A stretch of 64,000 bases of DNA from Nanobdellota archaeon (GTDB lineage Archaea > Nanobdellota > Nanobdellia > Woesearchaeales > JAHJEM01): contig JBDRSD010000039.1 of the NCBI GenBank assembly GCA_043825215.1, positions 14,302 through 78,301 on the forward strand, read 5' to 3'. The position numbers and the translations under genes were made by a program. This document shows, piece by piece, positions 10,570 through 19,204 of the stretch. The notes below the pieces were generated by a model that searched no databases, was not told the DNA's origin, and saw only the letters and a program-made list of their open reading frames with translations. The number at the start of each line of letters is the position of its first letter. Within the stretch, counting starts at the first letter, position 1.

Positions 10570-10571
10570 CC

Positions 10572-11510
10572 CTAACCAGACCAGCCAGCAAGTTGCGCCT
10601 CATACACAACAGTCCCATTGCAGACGCCGAAAGGATTTGGCGGGACGTAGAGCTTCCAATAGGTCGTGTTGAGCGAGAGCTCATCAGTCTGCTGCTTGAA
10701 GATCGTCACATTGCCTATCGTCCTTGGCCCGCTAGTCAGATTGACCATAGTCACCCAAGAGACATTTCCTACCGGAGTCCAGCGCTCATTACCAATGGTA
10801 ATATTTGTCCCATACGGACAGATAAAAGAGAGTTCCTGACCTGTCAGGTTGCTTGTGCCGCCGTAACCATACACACTGAGATTGATCGGCTGGTTGCCCC
10901 AGTTTGTCACATTCACCTGCTGGACGTTCGACGTGTCGAAGACAGACAGGTTGCCGTAATCAATGAGGTCTGTGACATTCATCGCAAACAGGGGATAGAT
11001 GAGGCTTGAATTGGTGCCGTTGATAGGGTAATTGAGTGTGTTGTTCACCTGGACAGAGCAGTTCCAGCTCCCATTGTAGGCATGATAGGTCACATTATTA
11101 AAGGCGCAGATGTACCTGAACGTGTAGGAGTTGACCGTCTGGTTATACTCACATGAATAATTTTGATATCGTGTATTGTTGTCTTGGGCACCGAACGGGG
11201 AGACATTGTCCCTGTGGAATGTCGCATTGACCTTGTCAATATCGGCAAGACCGTTGTAGTCAATGATCGTCACATTGCATTCGACCAGGCGGACAGTTCC
11301 CTCGGAGAGGTTGATTGGCGCACCTTGATTGATGATGATACTAGTTATAATAGGGAGTGACTGGGTGATGTTCACCCTTGTCGTGACATTGGTCCGGTCA
11401 TATGCTATGATGTATCCTATCTGGATGAGGAGAACCAATATGAGACCTGCGAGGAGAAAATAAAGAATCCTTGGCTTCTTGTTGATGTTTTTGTGCGCCA
11501 CGTCGATCAC
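10572..11510 (-). CDS. N-terminally anchored extracellular protein, 312 aa, paralog of the 303-aa protein at 21133..22044. GTG start.
   Basis: N-terminal TM FLLAGLILVLLIQIGYIIAY. Shared blocks with the 303-aa protein: VNITQS..INQGAPINLSEGT..CNVTIIDYNGLADIDKVNATFHRDN...YWKLYVPPNPFGVCNGTVV. Confidence 0.7.
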   Translation of the reverse strand: MIDVAHKNINKKPRILYFLLAGLILVLLIQIGYIIAYDRTNVTTRVNITQSLPIITSIIINQGAPINLSEGTVRLVECNVTIIDYNGLADIDKVNATFHRDNVSPFGAQDNNTRYQNYSCEYNQTVNSYTFRYICAFNNVTYHAYNGSWNCSVQVNNTLNYPINGTNSSLIYPLFAMNVTDLIDYGNLSVFDTSNVQQVNVTNWGNQPINLSVYGYGGTSNLTGQELSFICPYGTNITIGNERWTPVGNVSWVTMVNLTSGPRTIGNVTIFKQQTDELSLNTTYWKLYVPPNPFGVCNGTVVYEAQLAGWSG

Positions 11511-11644
11511 GTAATTGTGCTGCTAATATACGAATTAGTATATCTATATCATAACTTGTATATAAATCTTTCGTTCTTATGTACCCCACCTCTTCCTGCT
11601 CTCCACATTCATCCCACCAATAGCAACCCAGATACATCTTGAAA

Positions 11645-14548
11645 TCATGCGAAGCCCTTCAGGAAATCCCTGGAAAAGGATTCTGCCCTTCGTGCATAGG
11701 ACGACAAGGCGCTTTCCCGCGCATCCTCTTCTGCAAGCGACGACCTGAGTTCCTGAAGCCGTGTGAGCGCTGACCTGAGCCCGACGACATTTTTCCTGTC
11801 GATACACGCATGGACGTCTTTGACCGCTTGCATAAGGGCTAGCTTATCATACACCTCGCACATACCATGATGGAGCGCTACATTCTCCTGGTCAGCATAC
11901 TGATACAGGTCGAGCAAGGTCAGGTAATACGAATAGGCCTGGCCGACATCAAGCGCATCTGCACGCTCATTTGCATGATGCATGAGACGCATCAACTGCA
12001 CAGAGCCCACGTCAGGATGTGATCTCGTGCCAGGGACTGCTGCAGCATTCACCATTCCAGAAGATGCAGCAGCTGCTGAATCATTGGCTGGATTGACCAT
12101 GGCAGGCTGGCGCTCCTGAGTCCGTCGCTCTTGAACCTCATTTCCGCACATACTGCACCATGGTTCCGCAACATGACCAGATGCAGCTCTTCTCTCTGCA
12201 GAATGAAAATGGCGCTTTTCTTCCGTCGGGGAGACTGTATGGCCTGCTTCTGCCCCGGGTACCTCTCTTCCCTTCCTCTGCACGAGCTGTTGCACAGAAG
12301 CCTCCCCGCTCTGGCCAGCCTCATAACTTTCTTCTGCTTTCAAGAAAAAGAAGTAATAGACAGCAAGACCCAGGACGATGATCCCCCCTATGATAATCAT
12401 GATGAAATTCATTCCAGTGAACCATGAGCCTTTGCTCTCCGTCATCGTGAGGCCGTTTCCGCTCGCAAGGCCTGTGATCGAATCGTTCCTGCCTGACGAC
12501 GCATTCCTCCCTGCCAATACTGGCTCGGACAGGACGACAGTTCTCACCGTCTTCATGCTGTTGATGTCCTTCTGGCCAGGGATCGCGTATGAGAAGCGAA
12601 ACCCGTCAGCCCGGCTTGGATTCCATCTCAGGACTGGATCATCCTTGACCACAATAGGAGGTACGCTGCTCTTGACAAGGGACGCTTTCTGGGCGACTGC
12701 CTTTGGGATAATCTCGACGACAATGCCTGCGCTGCCTTCGGAGCGGATGCTCTTTTCCACCAGCGCGAAGGACGATTCCTTCTCAAAAGAGAGCAAGCGC
12801 ACCAGGAGTATCTTCACATTGACATCTGTCTTATCATTTATCGCAAGCATCTCCTGCTCAAACGATGCCCGGTCAGGCAGGTCACGGGAGAAGACATCGT
12901 CGATGGCCTGAAAGATCGTCACATCCTCAAGGGACTGCACAAGCTCGGATTTCTGGTCGATGTCAATCTCTTTCACCACATCCTTGAGTGCCCGCTCCAT
13001 GCGCACATCGATCAGGTCAAGCCTGGACGAGAGCTCCTGCTCAGAAAGTTGCGAGGACAGATAGCCCTCAAGCTCCAGGCGCATTCCCTGGATTGCCTGC
13101 GCTGCTGCTTTAGCTTCTCCCAGCAGGTCAAAAAAGGAGATGACAGACACCGTATCCGCATCAGTTGCTCCTGACAGGTCAGAGATGACCTGCTCGAGCT
13201 CAAGAGACTTCCTGTCAAGAAGAGTGATCTGCTTTTTCACGCTTCCTGAAAGGGATGCCGGAAGCGTGACCTGCTCAGATGCCTGCAGGCCGTAATCTGC
13301 AGTCAAGAAGCGCTCGGTAGAGAGATCCCCCTCATTTCCTGCCTTGTCCACTGCAGAGATCCGGTAATGGTACGTCGTCCCATCTTCGACATCACCATCA
13401 AGATAGCTTGTCGCAGTCGTTCTCGTCAGGTAGTTTATCTGGTCCACTGACGAGAGCTCAGACCGAAAGATCCTGAAGTAATCAACCTCCTCTCCCTCAT
13501 AATACCATTCCAGCTCCAATCCCTTCCTATCGTTCGTAACCTCAAGGGAAAGAGGTGCCGGCGGCTTTCTCGTATCGACGATGAACAGCTTTCCACCCGT
13601 TATCTCTGTCCCAGAAAGTCCGGAGAGATCAATCCCTGAAAAGGAGAACGTGCCGATGCGGTCAGCAGCATCTTCAGGGATGATAAGATAGCCATGATAG
13701 GCGAGACCGCTTCCCACCAATGACACTATCCGAAAATTCCCGTCATCATTATAATTATACTTGAGGATGGGGGCTTCCACAAGTTCTTCTGACAAAGACA
13801 CCCCGACCTCATAGGTGCCTGCCTTAAGCACGTCACCCCCGTCGATAATCACAGCAGCCGAAGGCCTCAGGTTGACATCAAATGAGACTTCGAAGCCGTC
13901 CTGCTGCACATTCCCAGCGCCATCCTTGCAACGCACATAATACCTGTACTGCGCCTGGGGCAGCTTTCCCAATAGCTCCTTATGGACGAATCTGCCAGTC
14001 GTGTCAAACGTCTCCTGGAGCAAGTCATAGGGCACATTGGTGATGTCATACCTGCATGCCGCCTGCTCATTTGTCGTCACGTTGAGCTCGACCAGTCCAG
14101 AGGTCAATGTCCCTGATGGGTATGCCTTTGTGATCAGTGGAGGGGTCCTGTCGACGGTAAATGTGAAATTCTCAGTCATTCCTGTGTTGTTCAGAAGATC
14201 CCTGCAGCCGACAAAAAAGGTATATTGCCCTTCCGGAAGGTTGAGAAGATCCTGATGGTCTGTGCCCTGGCCTGCGAAGAGGAACTCCAGCTCGTCAAAC
14301 AAGCCATAGCCTGTGTCATACCTGCATGATGCAGGCTCGTCAGTCGTGACCTCAAGCGCCACAGGATAGTCTGAGATTGCTCCTTTGGGGGATTTTGCGA
14401 GTATGATTGGCGGCAGCGTATCTGGGTCTGCCCGTGCTATTCCGGGAACCAGGGCAAGGATGAGGAAGATGCACAGTGCTGCACGCACAGAGGGGAATCT
14501 TTTGCCTGTCATTCCCCATTTCCCGCTTCCAGCCTTCCAGTCTTCCAT
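11645..14548 (-). CDS. Single-pass membrane protein, 967 aa. The extracellular part has repeated CRYD-containing domains and an FN3 domain. The cytoplasmic tail is large.
   Basis: Signal peptide ALCIFLILALVPGIARA. FN3 signature PPAPLSLEVTN...LEWYYEGEEVDYFRIFR...TTYHYRISAVDKAGNEG. TM FIMIIIGGIIVLGLAVYYFFFL. The start abuts the stop of the RHH gene at 14548/14549. Confidence 0.75.
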   Translation of the reverse strand: MEDWKAGSGKWGMTGKRFPSVRAALCIFLILALVPGIARADPDTLPPIILAKSPKGAISDYPVALEVTTDEPASCRYDTGYGLFDELEFLFAGQGTDHQDLLNLPEGQYTFFVGCRDLLNNTGMTENFTFTVDRTPPLITKAYPSGTLTSGLVELNVTTNEQAACRYDITNVPYDLLQETFDTTGRFVHKELLGKLPQAQYRYYVRCKDGAGNVQQDGFEVSFDVNLRPSAAVIIDGGDVLKAGTYEVGVSLSEELVEAPILKYNYNDDGNFRIVSLVGSGLAYHGYLIIPEDAADRIGTFSFSGIDLSGLSGTEITGGKLFIVDTRKPPAPLSLEVTNDRKGLELEWYYEGEEVDYFRIFRSELSSVDQINYLTRTTATSYLDGDVEDGTTYHYRISAVDKAGNEGDLSTERFLTADYGLQASEQVTLPASLSGSVKKQITLLDRKSLELEQVISDLSGATDADTVSVISFFDLLGEAKAAAQAIQGMRLELEGYLSSQLSEQELSSRLDLIDVRMERALKDVVKEIDIDQKSELVQSLEDVTIFQAIDDVFSRDLPDRASFEQEMLAINDKTDVNVKILLVRLLSFEKESSFALVEKSIRSEGSAGIVVEIIPKAVAQKASLVKSSVPPIVVKDDPVLRWNPSRADGFRFSYAIPGQKDINSMKTVRTVVLSEPVLAGRNASSGRNDSITGLASGNGLTMTESKGSWFTGMNFIMIIIGGIIVLGLAVYYFFFLKAEESYEAGQSGEASVQQLVQRKGREVPGAEAGHTVSPTEEKRHFHSAERRAASGHVAEPWCSMCGNEVQERRTQERQPAMVNPANDSAAAASSGMVNAAAVPGTRSHPDVGSVQLMRLMHHANERADALDVGQAYSYYLTLLDLYQYADQENVALHHGMCEVYDKLALMQAVKDVHACIDRKNVVGLRSALTRLQELRSSLAEEDARESALSSYARRAESFSRDFLKGFA

Positions 14549-14785
14549 CTACAGCTTCCTCTTCAGTTTTTCGAGAAGGTTCCTGTCCTTTTCGAGCGCA
14601 GCCTCTATCGCATCCTCGAAATAGCTGTTCAGTGTCGTGTCCTTCAGAACCGCGATAAGCTTTGCCTTGGTATGGACATCGTCTTTCAGTGCAATGTTGA
14701 CTCGTTTCACGTATACCCCGACTGTGCAATTGCCGCGCCGAAACGGCAAATACAAGTAAGTGATCATATCTCTGATAGAACTCAT
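14549..14785 (-). CDS. Small ribbon-helix-helix (CopG/Arc-like) DNA-binding protein, 78 aa
   Basis: VYVKRVNIALKDDVHTKAKLIAVLKDTTLNSYFEDAIEAAL fits a beta-strand followed by helix-turn-helix. It is translationally coupled to the 967-aa gene. Confidence 0.55.
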   Translation of the reverse strand: MSSIRDMITYLYLPFRRGNCTVGVYVKRVNIALKDDVHTKAKLIAVLKDTTLNSYFEDAIEAALEKDRNLLEKLKRKL

Positions 14786-14786
14786 A

Positions 14787-14804
14787 TAAATAGTTTACTA
14801 TTTA
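14787..14804 (-). promoter_or_regulatory. Perfect 8-bp inverted repeat TAAATAGT-TT-ACTATTTA immediately upstream of the RHH start codon (candidate operator)
   Basis: Read directly from the sequence. A second AT palindrome AAATATAAAAATATTT (TATA-like) lies at about 14821..14836. Confidence 0.5.
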
Positions 14805-14925
14805 TACAATTACATCATAAAAATATTTTTATATTTCTGCACAGATATGATATCTGCCCGGTAAACAGGGCTTCCAACCACATCATTACGCTTGCGCACC
14901 TCCCAACATCTCTTGCCGCGACCCA

Positions 14926-17055
14926 TCAGCCATCTCCTCCAGTCTTTCCCTGAGTCTTTCCTTCACCCCTCCCCTCAACCTCCCCTTCAGCAGCACCCGC
15001 CGCATGATCCTGCCCTTTAGGCCCGGCCCCGTCCTTTGCGCTTCCAGAAGATGCCTTTTCTTTCGCAGGGCTTTGCTCTGCATTTCCTGTTGACAAGTCT
15101 TTAGAAGATGCCTGACCAGATGGAGAGACAGGCTGCTCAGATTGCTCCTCTGCCGTCTTAGATGAAACTCCTGAAGCTGCCACCCCCTCTTTCCCATCTT
15201 CATCTGCATCAAGCCTGTCCAATGCCTCATACAGCTCCTGCTTCTGCTCGTATATGGTGTAGAGCTGCTTCAGGCGATCCCCTATCGCCTGTATCCTGGG
15301 ATGATTGACACTCTGCTGCACATATTCCTGGCTTTCCAAAAGCGCGCGCAGCTCGCTCAAGAGCAGGCGCTCCTCTGCAAAAGGCGTGCTGCTCTTCTTA
15401 TACTTGTCAAAAAGGGCAAGCAGGGAAGAATAGACCTTCTTCAGGGAATGCGTCCCCCTGAACAATTCCGCATACTCCGGACTTTTTTGCACCTGCACGA
15501 TCTCATCCGCGATCTCATGCTCAAGCTCAAGCAGGTGAGCATTCTGCAGGCTGATCAAATCCGTGATCTGCTTATAGTGGGTGTCTGCAAGCAAGCGCAG
15601 CCCATCCAGCCTTTTCTTCTCATCATACTCGTATCGCTTCATGATGAAATGGACTACCACGGGAATCAGAACAAGGGCGAGGATGAACACCCAAAGGTAG
15701 AGCAGGTTGAGCTGATAGCAGATGCCGATGAAATAATAATACAGGAACGTCACAAGAGCAACAAGGAGTATTGACATGATGAACCTGAATGTCCTTCGCC
15801 TGATCCTGCTAATCTTGAGAACGCGCTTGAGGCGGCTCTTTGCTGGCTCATCCTGCATCCGCATCTTAATCCGCCTGACCTTCAATTCAGATGAGACCAC
15901 CCTTCCCACAAGCACCAAGAACAGCAATGATGCTATGAAGATAAAATAGGGATTGAACGGATCGACCATGCGCACACACACCAGGCGCGGCAATTCAAAA
16001 ATCGTCTTGCAAGCCTGGCACGGGCCGCCGCAATCAACACCTGATTCCCCCTGGTTCCTCATCCCATCAGCACAGGACGGGCATGCAGGACAAGGCCCGC
16101 CGCAATCAACAGCAAGCTCGCCATAATTCTGAATCCTATCAAAGCAATGCGCACAGGGAGGGCAGGGGCCGCCGCAATCAACTCCTGTTTCCAGCCCGTT
16201 CATGATGCCATCAAAGCAGGTGGGAACATAGAAGCACTCCTGGGAAAGAAGCGGCTTGTTCCTGTCCGTGTTGCAATCAGTCATCTCAGTGCAATTTCGC
16301 GTTTGCACTCCTGACGACTGGCAATCACCCCACTCGGTGCAGAGCCACTTCTCCTCGCATGTGCTCTTGGTGCTTGCCGGCTGGTTTGCAGCTGCTCCTG
16401 CACCAGCACCCCCGCCAGCACCGCTACCGCCTCCAGCCCCAGCCTCACCCTGACCTTCATCGCCGCCCCCTCCAGGAGTCTCATTGGCAGGAGGCGCTCC
16501 GCAGTCGTCAGGACAGGTCTGCTGTGACTCCAGACTATCACAGAATCCGTCACCGCAGACCAGTTTTGGCACGACTATATCCACTCTCTTGAAGGTTCCC
16601 GGCTCATACGTCGGATCCCCTATCAGGCTTGTCTCCAGGCTATCAAAGGTGAAATTCAAGACATTACCCACGCCTGCACCCTCGTCAGTAGCATTGGTCT
16701 CCTCCCAATCGCCCATGCAGGACAACACGCCATAATACCCGCTGTTGACTGTCGTGAACCTGCCGCACTGCTGCGCACCAGGGTCATAGACACGGATCAC
16801 GAGACCAGTAGACGCATTGTCATTATATACCTTCACGCTTCCATAAAACTCAGTAGGAAGGGGAGGAATGGCGCTGCCCATGCCTGCGAAAAGCAGCACG
16901 AACAGCAATATAGCAGCATGTAAACAATAGCTCTGCATCCAGGAACGCATCTGGGGAATAGGCGACAAACTACCTTTATGGACTCGCACTTTCGCATTCC
17001 TATTACGCACGTCCCACGCTTTCCACGCTTCTTTCTGCACTTCTTTTCTTTTCAT
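14926..17055 (-). CDS. Membrane protein, 709 aa. The extracellular domain carries a CGDGxC...CPxDC motif, a Gly/Ala-rich linker and three Cys-rich repeats. Two TM helices and a cytoplasmic coiled-coil plus acidic low-complexity tail follow.
   Basis: CGDGFCDSLESQQTCPDDCG. Three repeats: NGLETGVDCGGPCPPC, NYGELAVDCGGPCPACPSC, NQGESGVDCGGPCQAC. TMs FIFIASLLFLVLVG and IMSILLVALVTFLYYYFIGICY. The start could instead be the internal Met at about 16950. Confidence 0.7.
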   Translation of the reverse strand: MKRKEVQKEAWKAWDVRNRNAKVRVHKGSLSPIPQMRSWMQSYCLHAAILLFVLLFAGMGSAIPPLPTEFYGSVKVYNDNASTGLVIRVYDPGAQQCGRFTTVNSGYYGVLSCMGDWEETNATDEGAGVGNVLNFTFDSLETSLIGDPTYEPGTFKRVDIVVPKLVCGDGFCDSLESQQTCPDDCGAPPANETPGGGGDEGQGEAGAGGGSGAGGGAGAGAAANQPASTKSTCEEKWLCTEWGDCQSSGVQTRNCTEMTDCNTDRNKPLLSQECFYVPTCFDGIMNGLETGVDCGGPCPPCAHCFDRIQNYGELAVDCGGPCPACPSCADGMRNQGESGVDCGGPCQACKTIFELPRLVCVRMVDPFNPYFIFIASLLFLVLVGRVVSSELKVRRIKMRMQDEPAKSRLKRVLKISRIRRRTFRFIMSILLVALVTFLYYYFIGICYQLNLLYLWVFILALVLIPVVVHFIMKRYEYDEKKRLDGLRLLADTHYKQITDLISLQNAHLLELEHEIADEIVQVQKSPEYAELFRGTHSLKKVYSSLLALFDKYKKSSTPFAEERLLLSELRALLESQEYVQQSVNHPRIQAIGDRLKQLYTIYEQKQELYEALDRLDADEDGKEGVAASGVSSKTAEEQSEQPVSPSGQASSKDLSTGNAEQSPAKEKASSGSAKDGAGPKGQDHAAGAAEGEVEGRGEGKTQGKTGGDG

Positions 17056-17085
17056 CTTTTCAGGATTGCAATTTTTCTCCAGACG

Positions 17086-17790
17086 CTATGCTACGAAATT
17101 GATCGTCCCATCAGCAGTCATGTTGATCCAATATGCCTGGAAGGGCACGGTATAGTTCAATGAATTATTATCAAGATCAGGAATGAAGAGTACATAGTCC
17201 GCAATCGTCGTATTATATCCCACCACGTGGGTATATGTCCCATAGACCGAGGACAAGGACTCGTTGATGTCCTTGACGACAGCAAGCGGATAGCTGATCA
17301 GGTTATAGCCGCTATCCACAGGCACATCCTCCTGTGACTTGAGGATTCCCAAATAGGAAAAATGGCCTTCAGCGCTCATGCCGATGACATATCCCTTCAG
17401 GCGCGACACATACGTGAGGTCCTGGACTGTCCAGTTCGGAAGTGTCGGATTATAGCTTTTCCAATAGTCTGTTGCCACACCAGGGCTGTATTCAAAGAGA
17501 TAGGAAAACCCGGACACGTTCTGGAAGAGATTAGCTGGATTCTCATACATCCCGATGCAGTATGCTGAAAAGAGGCTCTGGCCAACAGGAATGTCTGTTG
17601 CACATTCAACAATCGTTCCGTTTCTCACATTCACTGTGGCGACTGCCCATCCTGTCGCCCTGTCCAGAAGAGTCTGGTCTGTCCCGATGAAGCTGACGAA
17701 GAACAAGCAGAGGACAAGCAGGAAAACAAATAGTACGAAGAATCCTTTCCTGCTCCATAGTCCGCCTTGTCTCTCGTCAGCCATCTTCAT
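17086..17790 (-). CDS. N-anchored membrane protein with an extracellular domain, 234 aa (hypothetical)
   Basis: TM FFVLFVFLLVLCLFFVSFIG followed by a sequon-rich domain. The start overlaps the AbrB-like gene stop by 4 nt. Confidence 0.65.
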   Translation of the reverse strand: MKMADERQGGLWSRKGFFVLFVFLLVLCLFFVSFIGTDQTLLDRATGWAVATVNVRNGTIVECATDIPVGQSLFSAYCIGMYENPANLFQNVSGFSYLFEYSPGVATDYWKSYNPTLPNWTVQDLTYVSRLKGYVIGMSAEGHFSYLGILKSQEDVPVDSGYNLISYPLAVVKDINESLSSVYGTYTHVVGYNTTIADYVLFIPDLDNNSLNYTVPFQAYWINMTADGTINFVA

Positions 17791-18059
17791 ACCATGCGCC
17801 TACGATCCTTTTGTGCTTCGTCTTTCTCGATTATGACATACCATCTCTTTTTCTCATGGTCATACTGGAATGCCACCACATACTTCATTCCCGGCTCCAT
17901 GTCGAAGAGAAGAGGACGGGGAATCGTTGTCTCAAATGAGCTTCCCCTGGAATAGAGTTTCCTTCTGATTTCCATAACCATCCTCATTTTTTTATAGGGA
18001 TTTATATATTTACTTATTTTCATACTTATATTTCTCCTTATATATGTGGGCAATATCAC
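17787..18059 (-). CDS. AbrB/MazE/SpoVT-like swapped-hairpin DNA-binding protein, 90 aa
   Basis: RRKLYSRGSSFETTIPRPLL resembles the consensus KrGnSl.vtIPkel. It is the first gene of a coupled operon. Confidence 0.5.
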   Translation of the reverse strand: MILPTYIRRNISMKISKYINPYKKMRMVMEIRRKLYSRGSSFETTIPRPLLFDMEPGMKYVVAFQYDHEKKRWYVIIEKDEAQKDRRRMV

Positions 18060-18113
18060 AAAGCAGTATACAAAAACGTATACAAATCGAAATATTTATA
18101 TATTAGTTATGCT

Positions 18114-18542
18114 TTGTATGCCTGTATGGTTATTTTATTCGATCAGTACAACCTGCCAGAGAACATTTACGAGATCATATTCGCAACAAAACAGCAAGTC
18201 ATAGTCGGCAAATTGCTCGTGGAAGAGATGAAACTGAAAGACGGCGAGATGGGAAAGACAGAGATGAGCATGTTCGCAACAGCACTTCACGAAGGAAAAC
18301 TCGTCGAAGAGGTCCAAGACTCCCCCCTCCGCCCAAAGAAGAAAGTCTCCCTCTCCTACAACAAGAGGCAATTCTATGACAGGATCCTCACCCCTATGAA
18401 GACCATGGGCATCATCGACTACGACCTGTACAAGAAGACGTACAAGCTGTCAGACAAGTTCAACAAGAACATGATGAGGATCGGGCTCATGTGGCTGCAG
18501 GAACTCAGAAAGCCACCGCAACGGCTCAACCTCAAAAGATAA
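18114..18542 (+). CDS. Hypothetical basic protein. It is the only plus-strand gene, and the true start is probably the second ATG at 18126.
   Basis: A TTTATATA TATA box at 18094..18101 would place a leaderless start near 18126. A T8 tract follows downstream. Confidence 0.45.
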   Translation: MYACMVILFDQYNLPENIYEIIFATKQQVIVGKLLVEEMKLKDGEMGKTEMSMFATALHEGKLVEEVQDSPLRPKKKVSLSYNKRQFYDRILTPMKTMGIIDYDLYKKTYKLSDKFNKNMMRIGLMWLQELRKPPQRLNLKR

Positions 18543-18606
18543 TCACATTCACAAAAAGAGGGCTCCCAAGAGATTTCTATTCTCTCAACCACCCTCCCCA
18601 CCACCC

Positions 18607-18625
18607 GGGAGCCACTCTTTTTTTT
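18607..18625 (+). terminator. T8 tract (18618..18625) after a weak hairpin, downstream of the plus-strand gene
   Basis: gggagccactcTTTTTTTTc. The 7-bp stem ggctccc/gggagcc encloses a large loop. The oligo-T tract is the main archaeal termination signal. Confidence 0.4.
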
Positions 18626-18777
18626 CTGGGATCAGCATCCGGCTGACGGCTAACTGAGAAATCAGAACTCAGCATCATAAAAAGGGAACAGAACGCAGCT
18701 ATACAACAAGGGATCGAAACGTAGCCAACTGCTGACGGGTGCTGCGAATTCTCGCAGGATTATCTGTAAAAGTCTCT

Positions 18778-19170
18778 TCAGGTACGCATCTTGATAACGC
18801 CCTGACATTTTTTGCTACCGCAGTTACAATTCAAATGTAGTCCAGGAACCTTTTCTCTCACATAATCTGCAGTAATTTCTTCACCTTTTCTAATCATTCT
18901 CACTGCAACATCACATCCTTCTTTTACGTAAGTATTGGAATCACAAGAGTGATTTACATATTTTCCAGGCGGCTTGAAAAGAACAAATACATTATCCTTA
19001 AGGAAGGAAACATACTTTTTTTGACTCGGGAGTAATTTATTAACTTCTTCCTTTGTCAATCTATCTGAACATGTAGACCAATCAATGACCACCTCTCCCT
19101 TCTTAAAATCCCTCCCGGCAAATACTCCTTGCCCATGGATTCTGGATTTTTTAACAACAATATCTGACAT
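18778..19170 (-). CDS. SET-domain protein-lysine methyltransferase (small archaeal-type SET, 130 aa)
   Basis: SRIHGQGVFAGRDFKKGEVV, YVNHSCDSNT (NHSC motif), EEITADY and post-SET CNCGSKKCQG. Confidence 0.85.
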   Translation of the reverse strand: MSDIVVKKSRIHGQGVFAGRDFKKGEVVIDWSTCSDRLTKEEVNKLLPSQKKYVSFLKDNVFVLFKPPGKYVNHSCDSNTYVKEGCDVAVRMIRKGEEITADYVREKVPGLHLNCNCGSKKCQGVIKMRT

Positions 19171-19204
19171 TTATCTTTCACACCCAGTGATACCCGACAC
19201 GGCC

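Noticed and set aside
18742-18757. Small palindrome CTGCGA-ATTC-TCGCAG downstream of the SET gene as a terminator
   Set aside because: It is a 6-bp stem with no following T-tract on the SET-coding (minus) strand. It is too weak to call.
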